A stretch of 64,000 nucleotides of DNA from an uncultured Chlamydiae bacterium (GCA_963754655.1 CAVWGN010000001.1:2112001-2176000); one strand, 5' to 3'; numbered from the stretch's first letter, positions 51,328 through 62,836 are shown. Notes: generated by a model from the letters alone, not told the origin. Made by a program: numbers and translations.

Positions 51328-53475
51328 TTAAATCTGCACATTGAAAGCCAAGCCACGTTCCTGAATAGCTGCCAAGAAAATCTCTTGGTCTTTTTTAAAG
51401 CTTTCATCTACAAATTGAAGAGCCCTGCCATTTTGCTGAACAGCAGCCAAGACAATCTCTCGATCTTTTTGAAGGCTTTCATCTGCAAATTGAAGAGCAT
51501 AGCCATTTTTCTGAACAGCAGCCAAGACAATCTCTCGATCTTTTTTAAAGCTTTCATCTGCATATTGAAGAGCCCAGCTATTTTTCTGAACAGCATCCAA
51601 GACAAACTCTCGATTTTTTTTAAAGCTTTCATCTGCATATTGAAGAGCATCGCAATTTTGCTGAACAGCAAGCAAAACAATTTCTCGATCTTTTTTAAAG
51701 CTTTCGTTTGCATAGTAAAGAGCCAGACCATCTTGCTGAACAGCATCCAAGACAAACTCTCGATTTTTTTTAAAGCTTTCATCTGCATATCGAAGAGCAT
51801 CGCAATTTTGCTGAACAGCAGCCAAAACAATTTCTCGATCTTTTATAAAGCTTTCATCTGCAACTTCAAGAGCCATGCCACATTGCTTAACAGCAGCCAA
51901 AACAATTTCTCGATCTTGTGTAAGACTTTCATCTGCATATTGAAGAGCATAGCCACTTTGCTGAACGGCAAGCAAGACAATTTCTCGATCTTTGGCAAAG
52001 CTTTCATCTGCAAATGCAAGAGCCTGACCACCTTGCTGAACGGCAAGCAAAACAATCTCTCGATCTTGCTTAAAGCTTTCATCTGCATATTCAAAAGCCC
52101 ATTCCTCTTGCTGAACAGCAGCCAAGACAATCCCTAGATCTTTTGTAAGACTTTCATCTGCATATTCAAGAGCATAGCCATTTTGTTGAACGGCCGCCAA
52201 GACAATCTCTCGATCTTTTTTAAGACTTTCATCTGCATACTGAAGAGCGCTGCCATCTTGCTTAACGGCCACCAAGACAATCTCTCGATCTTTTTTAAGA
52301 CTTTCATCTGCATATTGAAGAGCTTGACCCTGTTGCTTAACGGCCGCCAAGACAATCTCTCGATCTTTTTTAAGACTTTCATCTGCATACTGAAGAGCCC
52401 TGCCATATTGCTTAACGGCCGCCAAGACAATCTCTTGATCTTTTGTAAGACTTTCATCTGCATACTGAAGAGCATTATATTCAAAAGCCCCAACATCTTG
52501 CTGAACTGCAGCCAAGACAATCTCTCGATCTTTTTTAAGACTTTCATCCGCATACTGAAGAGCGCTGCCATCTTGCTTAACGGCCGCCAAGACAATCTCT
52601 CGATCTTTTTTAAAACTTTCATCTGCATATTGAAGAGCCCCGCCATTTTGCTGAACTGCAGCCAAGACAATTTCTCGATCTTTTGCAAGGTCGTTACGTA
52701 TAGCAAAAACAGAACGTCCAAAACATCGACTAATGTGCACCAAAATTTCTTTATCATTAAAATTGGGAATTTTTTTAAGGGTAGAAATAATAGAGCTTGC
52801 TGCCTGATCCCATTCCTCTATATATTTTCGACCGCCACAGTAAAGTTTTTTAATAAATGCATTTTTGATAATGGTTAGTCTTTGCTCATCATTACCTAAT
52901 ATAAGAGAGTTTAAAATAGACAATTGCTTTTCCGCTACCTGCCGAATGTTTTTATTGGCACTCCTTTTGCAAACTTCAGGATCCCATGGATAGCGATCCA
53001 AAAGAGAAAGAAATAAACTCTTTGGATGAAATAATTGTGAATCAACCATTAACAATTTTTCCAATTTTAGCTTTTGGTTAAGTCGGAATTGATCTATTAG
53101 TCTAAACTCCCGGGCGGTAAACTGCACCTTTTCCTTAGTTTGGTTAAATAGGAATCGATCTATTAGTTTAAACTCCTGGGGGGTAAAATGCTCCTTTTCC
53201 TTAGTTTTGATACACTCCTGGGGAAATGTGATAGGGAATAGATGATTCTTAAGTTGAAAAATAGTCCGTAGCAATGAGATACAAGGATTCTTCTCAAGAA
53301 TGTATTTCCATTTTTTACAGGTCAGTAAAATAGAAGAGATGTCATGCATAGAGGAGCTTTGATTGACAACCCGATCAAAAATAATTCCTAAAAGCTCATT
53401 AGGAAGTAATGTATCTAAGAAAGCTTCGTTTGTAGTGTTTGGCATTGTAGGTGAATGAAGAAAGAGAGTTTTCAT
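51328..53475 (-). CDS. F-box-like/DUF4116 repeat protein, copy 6
   Basis: 715 aa, ~18 repeats, 22-aa duplication in the linker, ends RGLAFNVQI. Confidence 0.88.
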   Translation of the reverse strand: MKTLFLHSPTMPNTTNEAFLDTLLPNELLGIIFDRVVNQSSSMHDISSILLTCKKWKYILEKNPCISLLRTIFQLKNHLFPITFPQECIKTKEKEHFTPQEFKLIDRFLFNQTKEKVQFTAREFRLIDQFRLNQKLKLEKLLMVDSQLFHPKSLFLSLLDRYPWDPEVCKRSANKNIRQVAEKQLSILNSLILGNDEQRLTIIKNAFIKKLYCGGRKYIEEWDQAASSIISTLKKIPNFNDKEILVHISRCFGRSVFAIRNDLAKDREIVLAAVQQNGGALQYADESFKKDREIVLAAVKQDGSALQYADESLKKDREIVLAAVQQDVGAFEYNALQYADESLTKDQEIVLAAVKQYGRALQYADESLKKDREIVLAAVKQQGQALQYADESLKKDREIVLVAVKQDGSALQYADESLKKDREIVLAAVQQNGYALEYADESLTKDLGIVLAAVQQEEWAFEYADESFKQDREIVLLAVQQGGQALAFADESFAKDREIVLLAVQQSGYALQYADESLTQDREIVLAAVKQCGMALEVADESFIKDREIVLAAVQQNCDALRYADESFKKNREFVLDAVQQDGLALYYANESFKKDREIVLLAVQQNCDALQYADESFKKNREFVLDAVQKNSWALQYADESFKKDREIVLAAVQKNGYALQFADESLQKDREIVLAAVQQNGRALQFVDESFKKDQEIFLAAIQERGLAFNVQI

Positions 53476-53854
53476 AATTGTTCCTTAAGTCAAGTGATTA
53501 GATTACTCGGCCTTTTACAAAGGTAAAAAGTCGAGATTAAAAGTTTGTATTAAAAAAATTATTTTTTAATTTAAAATAATTAAATCTTTTATTTTTTATA
53601 GATTTATAACATAAATTAAGAAATTGAGTACATTATTAAATTTTGTTTAGATAAGACCATCAAGAATAGAAAGGATCAAATAACGGGTGTCCTCTAACTG
53701 CTTGAGGCAGGCTCCGTTTGACAGGCTCGTAAGATAGCGTAGCGCCTTTCAAATGTTTTTGCCCCTAAAAGCCTCCTGAACTTTACTTGGAAAGCCTTAT
53801 GCCACGCTCCCCCTGGCTTGTATTTCTTGGGAGAAAAAGCTTCAAAATTGAATG

Positions 53855-55453
53855 TCAAGCGCGATCTTGCTGAACAGCAGCCAAGACAATCTCTCGATCC
53901 TGTTTAAGGCCTTTATCTGCAAAGTAAAGAGCCTTGCCATCTTGCTTAACGGCAGCCAAAACAATTTCTCGATCACTTTGAAAGTTTTTATCTGCAAACT
54001 CCAGAGCCGTACCATCTTGCTGAACGGCAGCCAAGACAATTTCTCGATCACTTTGCAAGCTTTCATCTACAAACTCAAGAGCCAAGCCATCTTGCTGAAC
54101 GGCAGCCAAAACAATTTCTCGATCATTTTGAAAGCTTTGATCTGCATATTGAAGATCCGCGCCATCTTGCCGAACAGCAGCCAAGACAATGTCTCGATCT
54201 TTTTTAAAGCTTTCATCTGCATGGTAAAGAGCATAGCCATTTTGCTGAACGGCAGCCAAGACAATCTCGCGATCTTGTTTAAAGCTTTCCTCTGCATATT
54301 CAAGAGCTCGGCCATTTTGCTGAAGAGCAGCCAAAACAAACTCTCGATCTTTTTTAAAGCTTTCATCTACATATTTAAGAGCATAGCCATCTTGCTGAAT
54401 GCTAGCCAAGACAATCTCTCGATTTTTTTTAAGGCTTTCATCTGCATATTGAAGAGAATAGCCATATCTTTGAACGGCAGCCAAGACAATTTCTCGATCT
54501 TTTTTAAAACTTTCATCCGCATATTGAAGAGCATAGCCACTTTGCTGAACGGCAGCTAAGACAATTTCTCGATCTTTTTTAAAGCTTTCATCTGCATGGT
54601 AAAGAGCATAGCCATTTTGCTGAACGGCAGTCAAGACAATCTCTCGATTGTTTTTAAGGCTTTCATCTGCACATTGAAGAGCCAAGCCATCTTGCTGAAC
54701 GGCAGCCAAGACAATCTCTCGATCTTTTTCAAGGCCGTCACGTATAGCAAAAACAGAACGTCCAAAACATCGACCAATATGCATAAAAATTTCTTTATCA
54801 TTAAAAGTGGGAATTTTTTTAAGGGTAGAGATAATAGAGTCTTTTACCGAAGACCACTTCTCTGTTGCTCGGCCGCCACAGTAAAGTTTTTTAATCAATT
54901 CATTTTTGATCATGGTTAGTCTTTGCTCATCACTACTTGATACAAGAGCGTTTAAAATAGACAATTGCTCTTTCGCTATTTGCCGGATGTTTTGATTGGC
55001 ACTCAATTTGCAAGCTTGAGGATTCCATGGATAGCGATTCAAAAGAGAAAGAAATAAACTCTTCGGATGAAATAATTGTGAATCAACCATTAACAATTTT
55101 TCCAATTTTAGCTCTTGGTAAAATAGGACTCGATCTATCAGTTTAAATTCCTGAGAGGTAAAATGCTTCTTTTCCTTAGTTTGTATACATTCTTGGGGAA
55201 ATGCGATAGGGAATGGATGATCCTCTTTAAGTTGAAAAAGAGTCTTTAGCAATGAAATACAAGAATTCTTCTCAAAAATGCATTTCCATTTTTTACAGGT
55301 CAGTAAAATAGAAGAGATGTCAGGCATAGCTTGGCTTTGATTGACAACCTGATCAAAAATAATTCCTAAAAGCTCATGGGGAATTAGTGTGTCTAAGAAA
55401 ACTTCATTTGTAGTGTTTGGCATTATGGGCGAATGAAGAGAGAGAGTTTTCAT
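53855..55453 (-). CDS. F-box-like/DUF4116 repeat protein, copy 7
   Basis: 532 aa, same architecture. Confidence 0.88.
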   Translation of the reverse strand: MKTLSLHSPIMPNTTNEVFLDTLIPHELLGIIFDQVVNQSQAMPDISSILLTCKKWKCIFEKNSCISLLKTLFQLKEDHPFPIAFPQECIQTKEKKHFTSQEFKLIDRVLFYQELKLEKLLMVDSQLFHPKSLFLSLLNRYPWNPQACKLSANQNIRQIAKEQLSILNALVSSSDEQRLTMIKNELIKKLYCGGRATEKWSSVKDSIISTLKKIPTFNDKEIFMHIGRCFGRSVFAIRDGLEKDREIVLAAVQQDGLALQCADESLKNNREIVLTAVQQNGYALYHADESFKKDREIVLAAVQQSGYALQYADESFKKDREIVLAAVQRYGYSLQYADESLKKNREIVLASIQQDGYALKYVDESFKKDREFVLAALQQNGRALEYAEESFKQDREIVLAAVQQNGYALYHADESFKKDRDIVLAAVRQDGADLQYADQSFQNDREIVLAAVQQDGLALEFVDESLQSDREIVLAAVQQDGTALEFADKNFQSDREIVLAAVKQDGKALYFADKGLKQDREIVLAAVQQDRA

Positions 55454-55851
55454 AATTTTTCCTTAATACCATTGATTAGCATTACTCGACTTTTTATAAT
55501 TGTAAAAGGTTGAGTTTAAAAAATTAAATTAAACAAAATATTTTATTAAATTAAAATCATTAAATATTTTAGTTTTTACAAATTTATAATATAAATTAAT
55601 AAATTTAGTAAAATATTAAATTTTGTTTAGAGAAGGCTATCAAGAATAGAAGTGATCAATACTGGCACCTCCTCTAACTGCTTGATGCAGCTCCTTTTGA
55701 CAGGTTCGTAAGATAGCGTAGCCTCTTTTCAAATATTTTTGCCCATAAAAGCCACCTGAACTTTCCTTGGAAAACCTTATGCCACGCTCCTCGCTGGCTT
55801 GTATTTCTTGGGAGAAAAAGCTTCAAAAATTGAACGTCAAGCGCGATCTTG

Positions 55852-57240
55852 CTAAATAGCAGCCAAGACAATTTCTCGATCCTTTTGAAGGCTTTCATCT
55901 GCAAACTTAAAAGCATATCCATCTTGCTGAACGGCAGCCAAGACAATTTCTCGATCATTTTGAAAGCTTTCATCTGCAAACTCAAGAGCCAAGCCATCTT
56001 GCTGAACGGCAGCCAAAACAATTTCCCGATCCTTTTGAAGGCTTTCATCTGCAAACTCAAGAGCCTCGCCATCTTGCTGAACAGCAGCCAAGACAATCTC
56101 TTTATCTTTTTTAAGGCTTTCATCTGCATATTGAAGAGCTCTACCAGTTCGCTGAACGGCAGTCAAGACAATCTCCCGATCTTTTTTAAAGCTTTCATCT
56201 GCAAATGCGAGAGCCAAGCCATTTTGCCGAAAGGCAGTCAAGACAATCTCTCGATCTTTTTTAAGCCTTTCATCTGCATATTTAAGAGCATTGCCATTTT
56301 CCCGAACGGCAGCCAAGACAATCTCTCGATCTTTTCTAAAGCTTTCATCTACATACTCAAGAGCCAAACCAATTTGCTGAACGGCAGCTAAGACAATCTC
56401 TCGATCTTTTTTAAAACTTTCATCTGCCTGGTAAATCACATAGCCACTTTGCTTAACGGCAGCTAAGACAATCTCTCGATCTTTTTTAAGGCCGTCACGT
56501 ATAGCAAAAACAGCATCTCCAAAACACCGACCAATATGAATAAAAATTTCTTTATCATTAAAAGTGGGAATTTTTTTAAGGGTAGAGATAATAGAGGCTC
56601 CTGCCTTAGAGATAATAGAGCCACCTTCCTGATACCTCTTCTCTGTTACTCGAATGCCACAGTAAAGTTTTTTAATAAATTCATTTTTGATCATGGCTAG
56701 TCTTTGCTCATCATTAACTGATACAAGAGAGTTTAAAATAGACAATTGCTCTTCCGCTACCTGCTGAATGTTTTTATTAGCGCTCGATTTGCAAACTGTA
56801 GGATCCCATGGATAGCGATCCAAAAGAGAAAGAAATAAACTTTTCGGATAAAATAATTGTGAATCAACCATTAACAACTTTTCCCATCTTCGCTTTTGGT
56901 ATTGGTAAAGTAGGGCTCTATCTATCAGTTTAAATTCCTGAGGGGTAAAATGCTCTTTTTGCTTAGTTTGTATACATTCTTGGGGAAATACGATAGGGAA
57001 TGGATAATTCTCTTTAAGTTGAAAAAGAGTCCGTAGCAATGAGATACAAGGATTCTTCTCAAAAAGGCATTTCCATTTTTTACAGGTCAGTAAAATAGAA
57101 GAGATGTCATGCATAGAGGGGCTTTGATTGACAATCTGATCAAAAATAATTCCTAACACATCATCAGAAAGTAATGTGTCTAATGAAGCTTCATTGGTAG
57201 TGTTTGGCATTGTAGGTGAATGAAGAAAGAGAGGTTTCAT
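55852..57240 (-). CDS. F-box-like/DUF4116 repeat protein, copy 8
   Basis: 462 aa, ~8 repeats; CAG to TAG stop five codons before the usual end. Confidence 0.85.
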   Translation of the reverse strand: MKPLFLHSPTMPNTTNEASLDTLLSDDVLGIIFDQIVNQSPSMHDISSILLTCKKWKCLFEKNPCISLLRTLFQLKENYPFPIVFPQECIQTKQKEHFTPQEFKLIDRALLYQYQKRRWEKLLMVDSQLFYPKSLFLSLLDRYPWDPTVCKSSANKNIQQVAEEQLSILNSLVSVNDEQRLAMIKNEFIKKLYCGIRVTEKRYQEGGSIISKAGASIISTLKKIPTFNDKEIFIHIGRCFGDAVFAIRDGLKKDREIVLAAVKQSGYVIYQADESFKKDREIVLAAVQQIGLALEYVDESFRKDREIVLAAVRENGNALKYADERLKKDREIVLTAFRQNGLALAFADESFKKDREIVLTAVQRTGRALQYADESLKKDKEIVLAAVQQDGEALEFADESLQKDREIVLAAVQQDGLALEFADESFQNDREIVLAAVQQDGYAFKFADESLQKDREIVLAAI

Positions 57241-57643
57241 AATTGTTCCTTAAGGCAAAGGATTAGTATTACCCGATTTTTTTACAATTGTAAAAATTTT
57301 GGATTAAAAATTTGTATTAAAAAATATTTTTTAATTTAAAATAGTTACATCTTTTAATTGCTATAGATTTATAACACAAATTAGGAAATTTAGTACAATA
57401 TTAAATTTTGTTTGGATAAGACCTTCAAGGATAAAAGTGATCAAATAACTGGTGCGCTCTAACTGCTTGATGCAGGCTCCGTTTGAAAGGCTCGTAAGAT
57501 AACGTAGCATCTTTTCAAATGTTTTTATCCATAAAGCCACCTGAACTTTCCTTGAAAAGTTTTATGCCGCGCTCCCCTCTGACTTGTAATTTTTTGGGAG
57601 AAAAAGTTTCAAAAATTGAATGTCTCTTTTTTAAGGCTTTCAT

Positions 57644-58801
57644 TTAGGAAATGAAGAGCCCAGCTATTTTCCGAAAAGCAGTCATGGCAATCTCTCGATC
57701 ATTTTGAAAACTTTCATCTGCAAATTGAAGAGCCCAGCCATTTTTCTGAACGGCAGCCAGGACAAACTCTCGATCATTTTGAAAACTTTCATCTGCAAAT
57801 TGAAGAGCAGAACTATTTTTCTGAATAGCAGTCAAGGCAAACTCTCGATCTTTTTTCAGGCTTTCATCTGCAAATTCAAGAGCCTTGCCCGCTTGCTGAA
57901 CGGCAGTCAAGACAAACTCTCGATCTTTTTGAAGGCTTTCATCTGCATATTCAAAAGCCCAGCAATCTTCCTCAACGGCAGCCAATACAATCTCTCGATC
58001 TTTTTGAAGGCTTTCATCTGCATAGAAAAGAGCCAAGCCATCTTGCTGAACAACAGACAAGACAATTTCTCGATCTTTTGCAAGGTCGTTACGTATATTA
58101 AAAACAAACCTTCCAAAACATCGACTAATGTGCATCAAAATTTCTTTATCATTAAAATTGGGAATATTTTTAAGAATAGAAATGATAGAGCTTCCTGCCT
58201 GATTCCATTCCTCTACATCTTCTTGACCACCACAGTAAAGTTTTTTAATAAATTCATCTTTAATAATGGTTAATCTTTGCTCATCATTACCGAATGCAAG
58301 AGAGTTTAAAATAGACAATTGCTCTTCCGCTACCTGCTGGATATTTTTATTGGCGCTCTTTTTGCAAACTTCAGGATTCCATGGATAGCGATCCAAAAGA
58401 GAAAGAAATAAACTCTTCGGGTGAAATAATTCTGAATCAACCATTAACAATTTTTCCAATTTTAGCTGTTGTAAGAATCGATCTATCAGTTTAAATTCCT
58501 GAGGGGTAAAATGCTCCTTTTGCTTAGTTTTTATACATTCCTGGGGAAATGTGAGAGGGAATGGATAATTCTTTTTAAGTTGAAAAAGAGTTCGTAGCAA
58601 GGAGACACAAGGATTCTTCTCAAAAATGCGTTTCCATTTTTTACAGGTAAGTAAAATAGAAGAAATGTCATGCATAGAGGGGCTTTGATTGATAACCTGA
58701 TCAAAAATAATTCTTAAAAGCTCATTAGGAAGTAATGTATCTAAGAAAGCTTCATTTGTAGTGTTTGGCATTGTAGGTGAATGAAGAAAGAGAGTTTTCA
58801 T
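57644..58801 (-). CDS. F-box-like/DUF4116 repeat protein, copy 9
   Basis: 385 aa, ~5-6 repeats, frameshifted last repeat. Confidence 0.83.
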   Translation of the reverse strand: MKTLFLHSPTMPNTTNEAFLDTLLPNELLRIIFDQVINQSPSMHDISSILLTCKKWKRIFEKNPCVSLLRTLFQLKKNYPFPLTFPQECIKTKQKEHFTPQEFKLIDRFLQQLKLEKLLMVDSELFHPKSLFLSLLDRYPWNPEVCKKSANKNIQQVAEEQLSILNSLAFGNDEQRLTIIKDEFIKKLYCGGQEDVEEWNQAGSSIISILKNIPNFNDKEILMHISRCFGRFVFNIRNDLAKDREIVLSVVQQDGLALFYADESLQKDREIVLAAVEEDCWAFEYADESLQKDREFVLTAVQQAGKALEFADESLKKDREFALTAIQKNSSALQFADESFQNDREFVLAAVQKNGWALQFADESFQNDREIAMTAFRKIAGLFIS

Positions 58802-59042
58802 AATTGTTCCTTAATATATGATTAGCGTTAATTGAATTTTAAAATTATAAAATGACGAAAAAAAATCATATTAAATAAAATCTTTTTTATTTAAAAAATA
58901 ATTAAATAATTAAATAATTAATTTTTATAGATTTATAACATACATTAAGAAATTTAGTGAAATATTAAATTTTGTTTAATGAAGGCTACCAAGGATAGAA
59001 GTAATCAAATAACTAGCGATCCTCTAACTACACGAAATATTT

Positions 59043-60629
59043 TTATTGCTGAACAGCAGCCAAGAGAATTTCTCGATCTTCTTGAAGGCTTTCATCTGCA
59101 AACTCAAAAGCCCCGGCATCTTGCTGAACAGCAGCCAAGACAATTTCTCGATCACTTTGAAAGCTTTCATCTGCATATTCAAGAGCCATTCCATTTTTCT
59201 GAACAGCAGTCATGACAAACTCTCGATCATTTTGAAAACTTTCATCTGCATACCCAAGAGCAGAGCCATTTTCCTCAATGGCCGCCAAGATAATTTCTTG
59301 ATCTTTTTTAAAGCTTATATTTGCAAATCGAAGAGCAGTACCATCTTGCTGAACGGCGGCCAAGACAATTTCTCGATCTTTTTTAAAATTTGCATCTGCA
59401 TATTCAAAAGCTATGCCATCTTTCTGAACAGCAATCAAAACAATCTCTCGATCTTGCTTAAAGCTTTCATCTGCATATTTAAGAGCATAGCCATTTTGCT
59501 GAACAGCAATCAAGACAATCTCTCGATCTTGCTTAAAGCTTTCATCTGCATATTGAAGAGCGTTGCCATCTTTCTGAACAGCAATCAAAACAATCTCTCG
59601 ATCTTGTTTAAAGCTTTCATCTGCAAACTTAAGAGCATAGCCATCTTGCTGAACGGCAGCCAAGACAAACTCTCGATCTTTTTTAAAATTTGCATCTGCA
59701 TATTCAAGAGCCATGCCATTTTTCTGCAAGGCAACCAAGACAATCTCTCGATCTTTTTTAAGGCTTTCATCTGCAAACTTAAGAGCCCCGCCATCTTCCT
59801 GAACAGCAGCCAAGACAATCTCTCGATCTTTTTTCAAGCTTTTATCTGTATATTGAAGGGCCCTGCCATCTTGCTGAACAACAACCCGGACAATTTCTCG
59901 ATCTTTTTCAAGACCGTCACGTATAGCAAAAACAGAACATCCAAAACACCGACCAATCTGCATTAAAATTTCTTTATCATTAAAATTGGGAACTTTTTTA
60001 AGGGTGGAGATAATAGAATTTTTTACCTGATACCACTTCTCTGTTTCGCGACCGCTACCCAAGTAAAGTTCTTTAATAAATTCATTTTTGATAATGGTTA
60101 GTCTTTGCTCATCATTACCTAATACAAGAGAGTTTAAAATAGACAATTGCTCTTCCGCTACCTGTCGAATGTTTTTATTGGCACTCTTTTTGCAAATTTC
60201 AGGATCCCATATATAGCGATCCAAAAGAGAAAGAAATAAACTCTTCGGTTGAAATAATTGTGAATCAACCATTAACAATTTTTCCAATTTTAGCTTTTGT
60301 AAGAATCGATCTATCAGTTTAAATTCCTGAGGGGTAAAATGCTCTTTTTGCTTAGTTTGAATACACTCTTGAGGAAATGTGAGAGTGGAGGGATGATTCT
60401 CTTTAAGTTGAAAAAGAGTCTGTAGCAATGAAATACAAGGATTCTTCTCAAGAATGTGTTTCCATTTTTTACAGGTCAGTAAAATAGAAGAAATGTCGGG
60501 CATAGCTTGGCTTTGATTGACAACCTGATCAAAAATAATTCCTAAAAGCTCATTAGGAAGTAATGTGTCTAAGAAAGCTTCGTTTGTAGTGTGTGGCATT
60601 GTAGGTGAATGAAAAAAGAGAGTTTTCAT
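59043..60629 (-). CDS. F-box-like/DUF4116 repeat protein, copy 10
   Basis: 528 aa, same architecture; 3' trailer mostly deleted. Confidence 0.88.
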   Translation of the reverse strand: MKTLFFHSPTMPHTTNEAFLDTLLPNELLGIIFDQVVNQSQAMPDISSILLTCKKWKHILEKNPCISLLQTLFQLKENHPSTLTFPQECIQTKQKEHFTPQEFKLIDRFLQKLKLEKLLMVDSQLFQPKSLFLSLLDRYIWDPEICKKSANKNIRQVAEEQLSILNSLVLGNDEQRLTIIKNEFIKELYLGSGRETEKWYQVKNSIISTLKKVPNFNDKEILMQIGRCFGCSVFAIRDGLEKDREIVRVVVQQDGRALQYTDKSLKKDREIVLAAVQEDGGALKFADESLKKDREIVLVALQKNGMALEYADANFKKDREFVLAAVQQDGYALKFADESFKQDREIVLIAVQKDGNALQYADESFKQDREIVLIAVQQNGYALKYADESFKQDREIVLIAVQKDGIAFEYADANFKKDREIVLAAVQQDGTALRFANISFKKDQEIILAAIEENGSALGYADESFQNDREFVMTAVQKNGMALEYADESFQSDREIVLAAVQQDAGAFEFADESLQEDREILLAAVQQ

Positions 60630-60744
60630 GATTGTTCCTTAGTAAAATGGATTAGCGTTACTCGACTTTTTACAATTTTAAACAAGCTAGTTGGTTATTT
60701 AAGAAACATTACTGATTCTTTGACCTCGCTTGCTTAAGGTGAGG

Positions 60745-62646
60745 TTAAGTTATCTTACTGAAAGCAGCTAAGATAATTTCTCGATCTTGTTTAAGGCTTT
60801 CATCCACATAATGGTTAAGAGCATAGCCATTTTGCTTAACGGCAGCCAAAACAATCTCTCGATCTTTTTTAAAGCTTTCATCTGCATGTTCAAGAGCCAA
60901 GCCCTCTTGCTGAACAGCAGCCAAAACAATTTCTCGATCTTTTGTAAGACTTTCATCTGCACATCGAAGAGCTCTGCCATCTTGCTGAACAGCAGCCAAG
61001 ACAATTTCTCGATCTTTTTTAAGGCTTTTATCTGCATATTGAAGAACTCTGCCATCTTGCTGAACTGCAGCCAAGACAATTTCTCGATCTATTTGAAAGC
61101 TTGTATCAGCATATTGAAGAGCTCTGCCATTTGGCTGAACAGCAGCTAAGACAATCTCTCGATCTTTTTTAAGACTTTCATCTGCATATTGAAGAGCCTC
61201 GCCATTTTGTTGAACAGCAGCCAAGACAATCTCTCGATCTTTTTTAAGACTTTCATCCGCATATTGAAGAGCCTCGCCATTTTGTTGAACAGCAGCCAAG
61301 ACAATCTCTCGATCTTTTTTAAGACTTTCATCCGCATATTGAAGAGTCTCGCCATTTTGTTGAACAGCAGCCAAGACAATTTCTCGATCTTGTTTAAAAC
61401 CTTTATCTACAAAGGCAAGAGCTCTGCCATCTTGCTGAACGGCAACTAGGACAAACTCTCGATCTTTTTTAAGGCTTTCATCTGCATCTAGAAGAGCCTG
61501 AAGATCTTGCTGAACGGCAGCTAAGATAATCTCTCGATCTTTTTTAAGGCTTTCATCATCTACATATTGAAGAGCATAGCCGCTTTGCTGAACGGCAGCT
61601 AAGACAATCTCCCGATCTTTTTTAAGGCTTTCATCTACATATTCAAGAACATAGCCGCTTTGCTGAACGGCAGCTAAGACAATCTCCCGATTTTTTTTAA
61701 GGCTTTCATCTACATATTCAAGAGCCAAGCCATCTTGCTGAACGGCAGCTAAGACAATCTCCCGATCTTTTTTAAGGCTTTCATCTGCATATTCAAGAGC
61801 CAAGCCATCTTGCTGAACGGCAGCTAAGACAATCTCCCGATCTTTTTTAAGGCTTTCATCTACATATTCAAGAGCCAAGCCATCTTTCTGAACAACAGAC
61901 AAGACAATTTCTCGATCTTTTTTAAGGTCATCACGTATAGCAAAAACAGAACTTCCAAAACACTGACTAATGTGCATCAAAATTTCTTTATCATTAAAAT
62001 TGGGAATTTTTTTAAGGGTAGAGATAATAGAGCTTCCTGCCTGATCCCATTCCTCTATATATTCTCGACCACCATAATAAAGTTTAATAAATTCATTTTT
62101 GATAATGGTTAATCTTTGCTCATCATTACCTAATATAAGAGAGTTTAAAATAGACAATTGCTCTTCCGCTACCTGCCGAATGTTTTTATTGGCGCTACTT
62201 TTGCAAACGTCAGGATTCCATAGATAGCGATCCAAAAGAGAAAGAAATAAGCTCTTTGCGTAAAATAATTGTGAATCAACCATTAACAAATGCCTAAATC
62301 CTTCTTTTTGGCAAAATAGGAATCGATCTATCAGTTTAAATTCCTGAGGGGTAAAATGCTCCTTTTGCTTAGTTTTGATACACTCCTGAGGAAATTTGAT
62401 AGTGGATGGACGATGCACTGTAAGTTGAAAAAGAGTCCGTAGCAATGAGATACAAGGATTCTTCTCAAAAATGTGTTTCCATTTTTTACAGGTCAGTAAA
62501 ATAGAAGAAATGTCATGCATAGAGCAGCTTTGATTGACAACCTGATCAAAAATAATTCCTAACACATCATGAGGAAGTAATGTGTCTAAGAAAGCTTCAT
62601 TTGTAGTGTTTGGCATTGTAGGTGAATGAAGAAAGAGAGTTTTCAT
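60745..62646 (-). CDS. F-box-like/DUF4116 repeat protein, copy 11
   Basis: 633 aa; N-terminal domain nearly identical to copy 1. Confidence 0.88.
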   Translation of the reverse strand: MKTLFLHSPTMPNTTNEAFLDTLLPHDVLGIIFDQVVNQSCSMHDISSILLTCKKWKHIFEKNPCISLLRTLFQLTVHRPSTIKFPQECIKTKQKEHFTPQEFKLIDRFLFCQKEGFRHLLMVDSQLFYAKSLFLSLLDRYLWNPDVCKSSANKNIRQVAEEQLSILNSLILGNDEQRLTIIKNEFIKLYYGGREYIEEWDQAGSSIISTLKKIPNFNDKEILMHISQCFGSSVFAIRDDLKKDREIVLSVVQKDGLALEYVDESLKKDREIVLAAVQQDGLALEYADESLKKDREIVLAAVQQDGLALEYVDESLKKNREIVLAAVQQSGYVLEYVDESLKKDREIVLAAVQQSGYALQYVDDESLKKDREIILAAVQQDLQALLDADESLKKDREFVLVAVQQDGRALAFVDKGFKQDREIVLAAVQQNGETLQYADESLKKDREIVLAAVQQNGEALQYADESLKKDREIVLAAVQQNGEALQYADESLKKDREIVLAAVQPNGRALQYADTSFQIDREIVLAAVQQDGRVLQYADKSLKKDREIVLAAVQQDGRALRCADESLTKDREIVLAAVQQEGLALEHADESFKKDREIVLAAVKQNGYALNHYVDESLKQDREIILAAFSKIT

Positions 62647-62836
62647 AATTGTTCCTTAATATAACGGATTAGCTTTACTTGACTTTTTACAATTTTAAAA
62701 TCGAGATCAAAAGATTATGTTAAAAAGCATTTTTTATTAAAAAAATAATTAAATTTTTTAGCTTTTATAGATTTATAACATAAATTAATAAATTTAGTAC
62801 ACTATTAAATGTTTTTACAAAAGGCCAAGGGTGTGA

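Noticed and set aside
44198..62646. TALE, PPR or ankyrin homology of the repeats
   Set aside because: The repeat length (25 aa) and consensus do not match those families; only an analogy is claimed.
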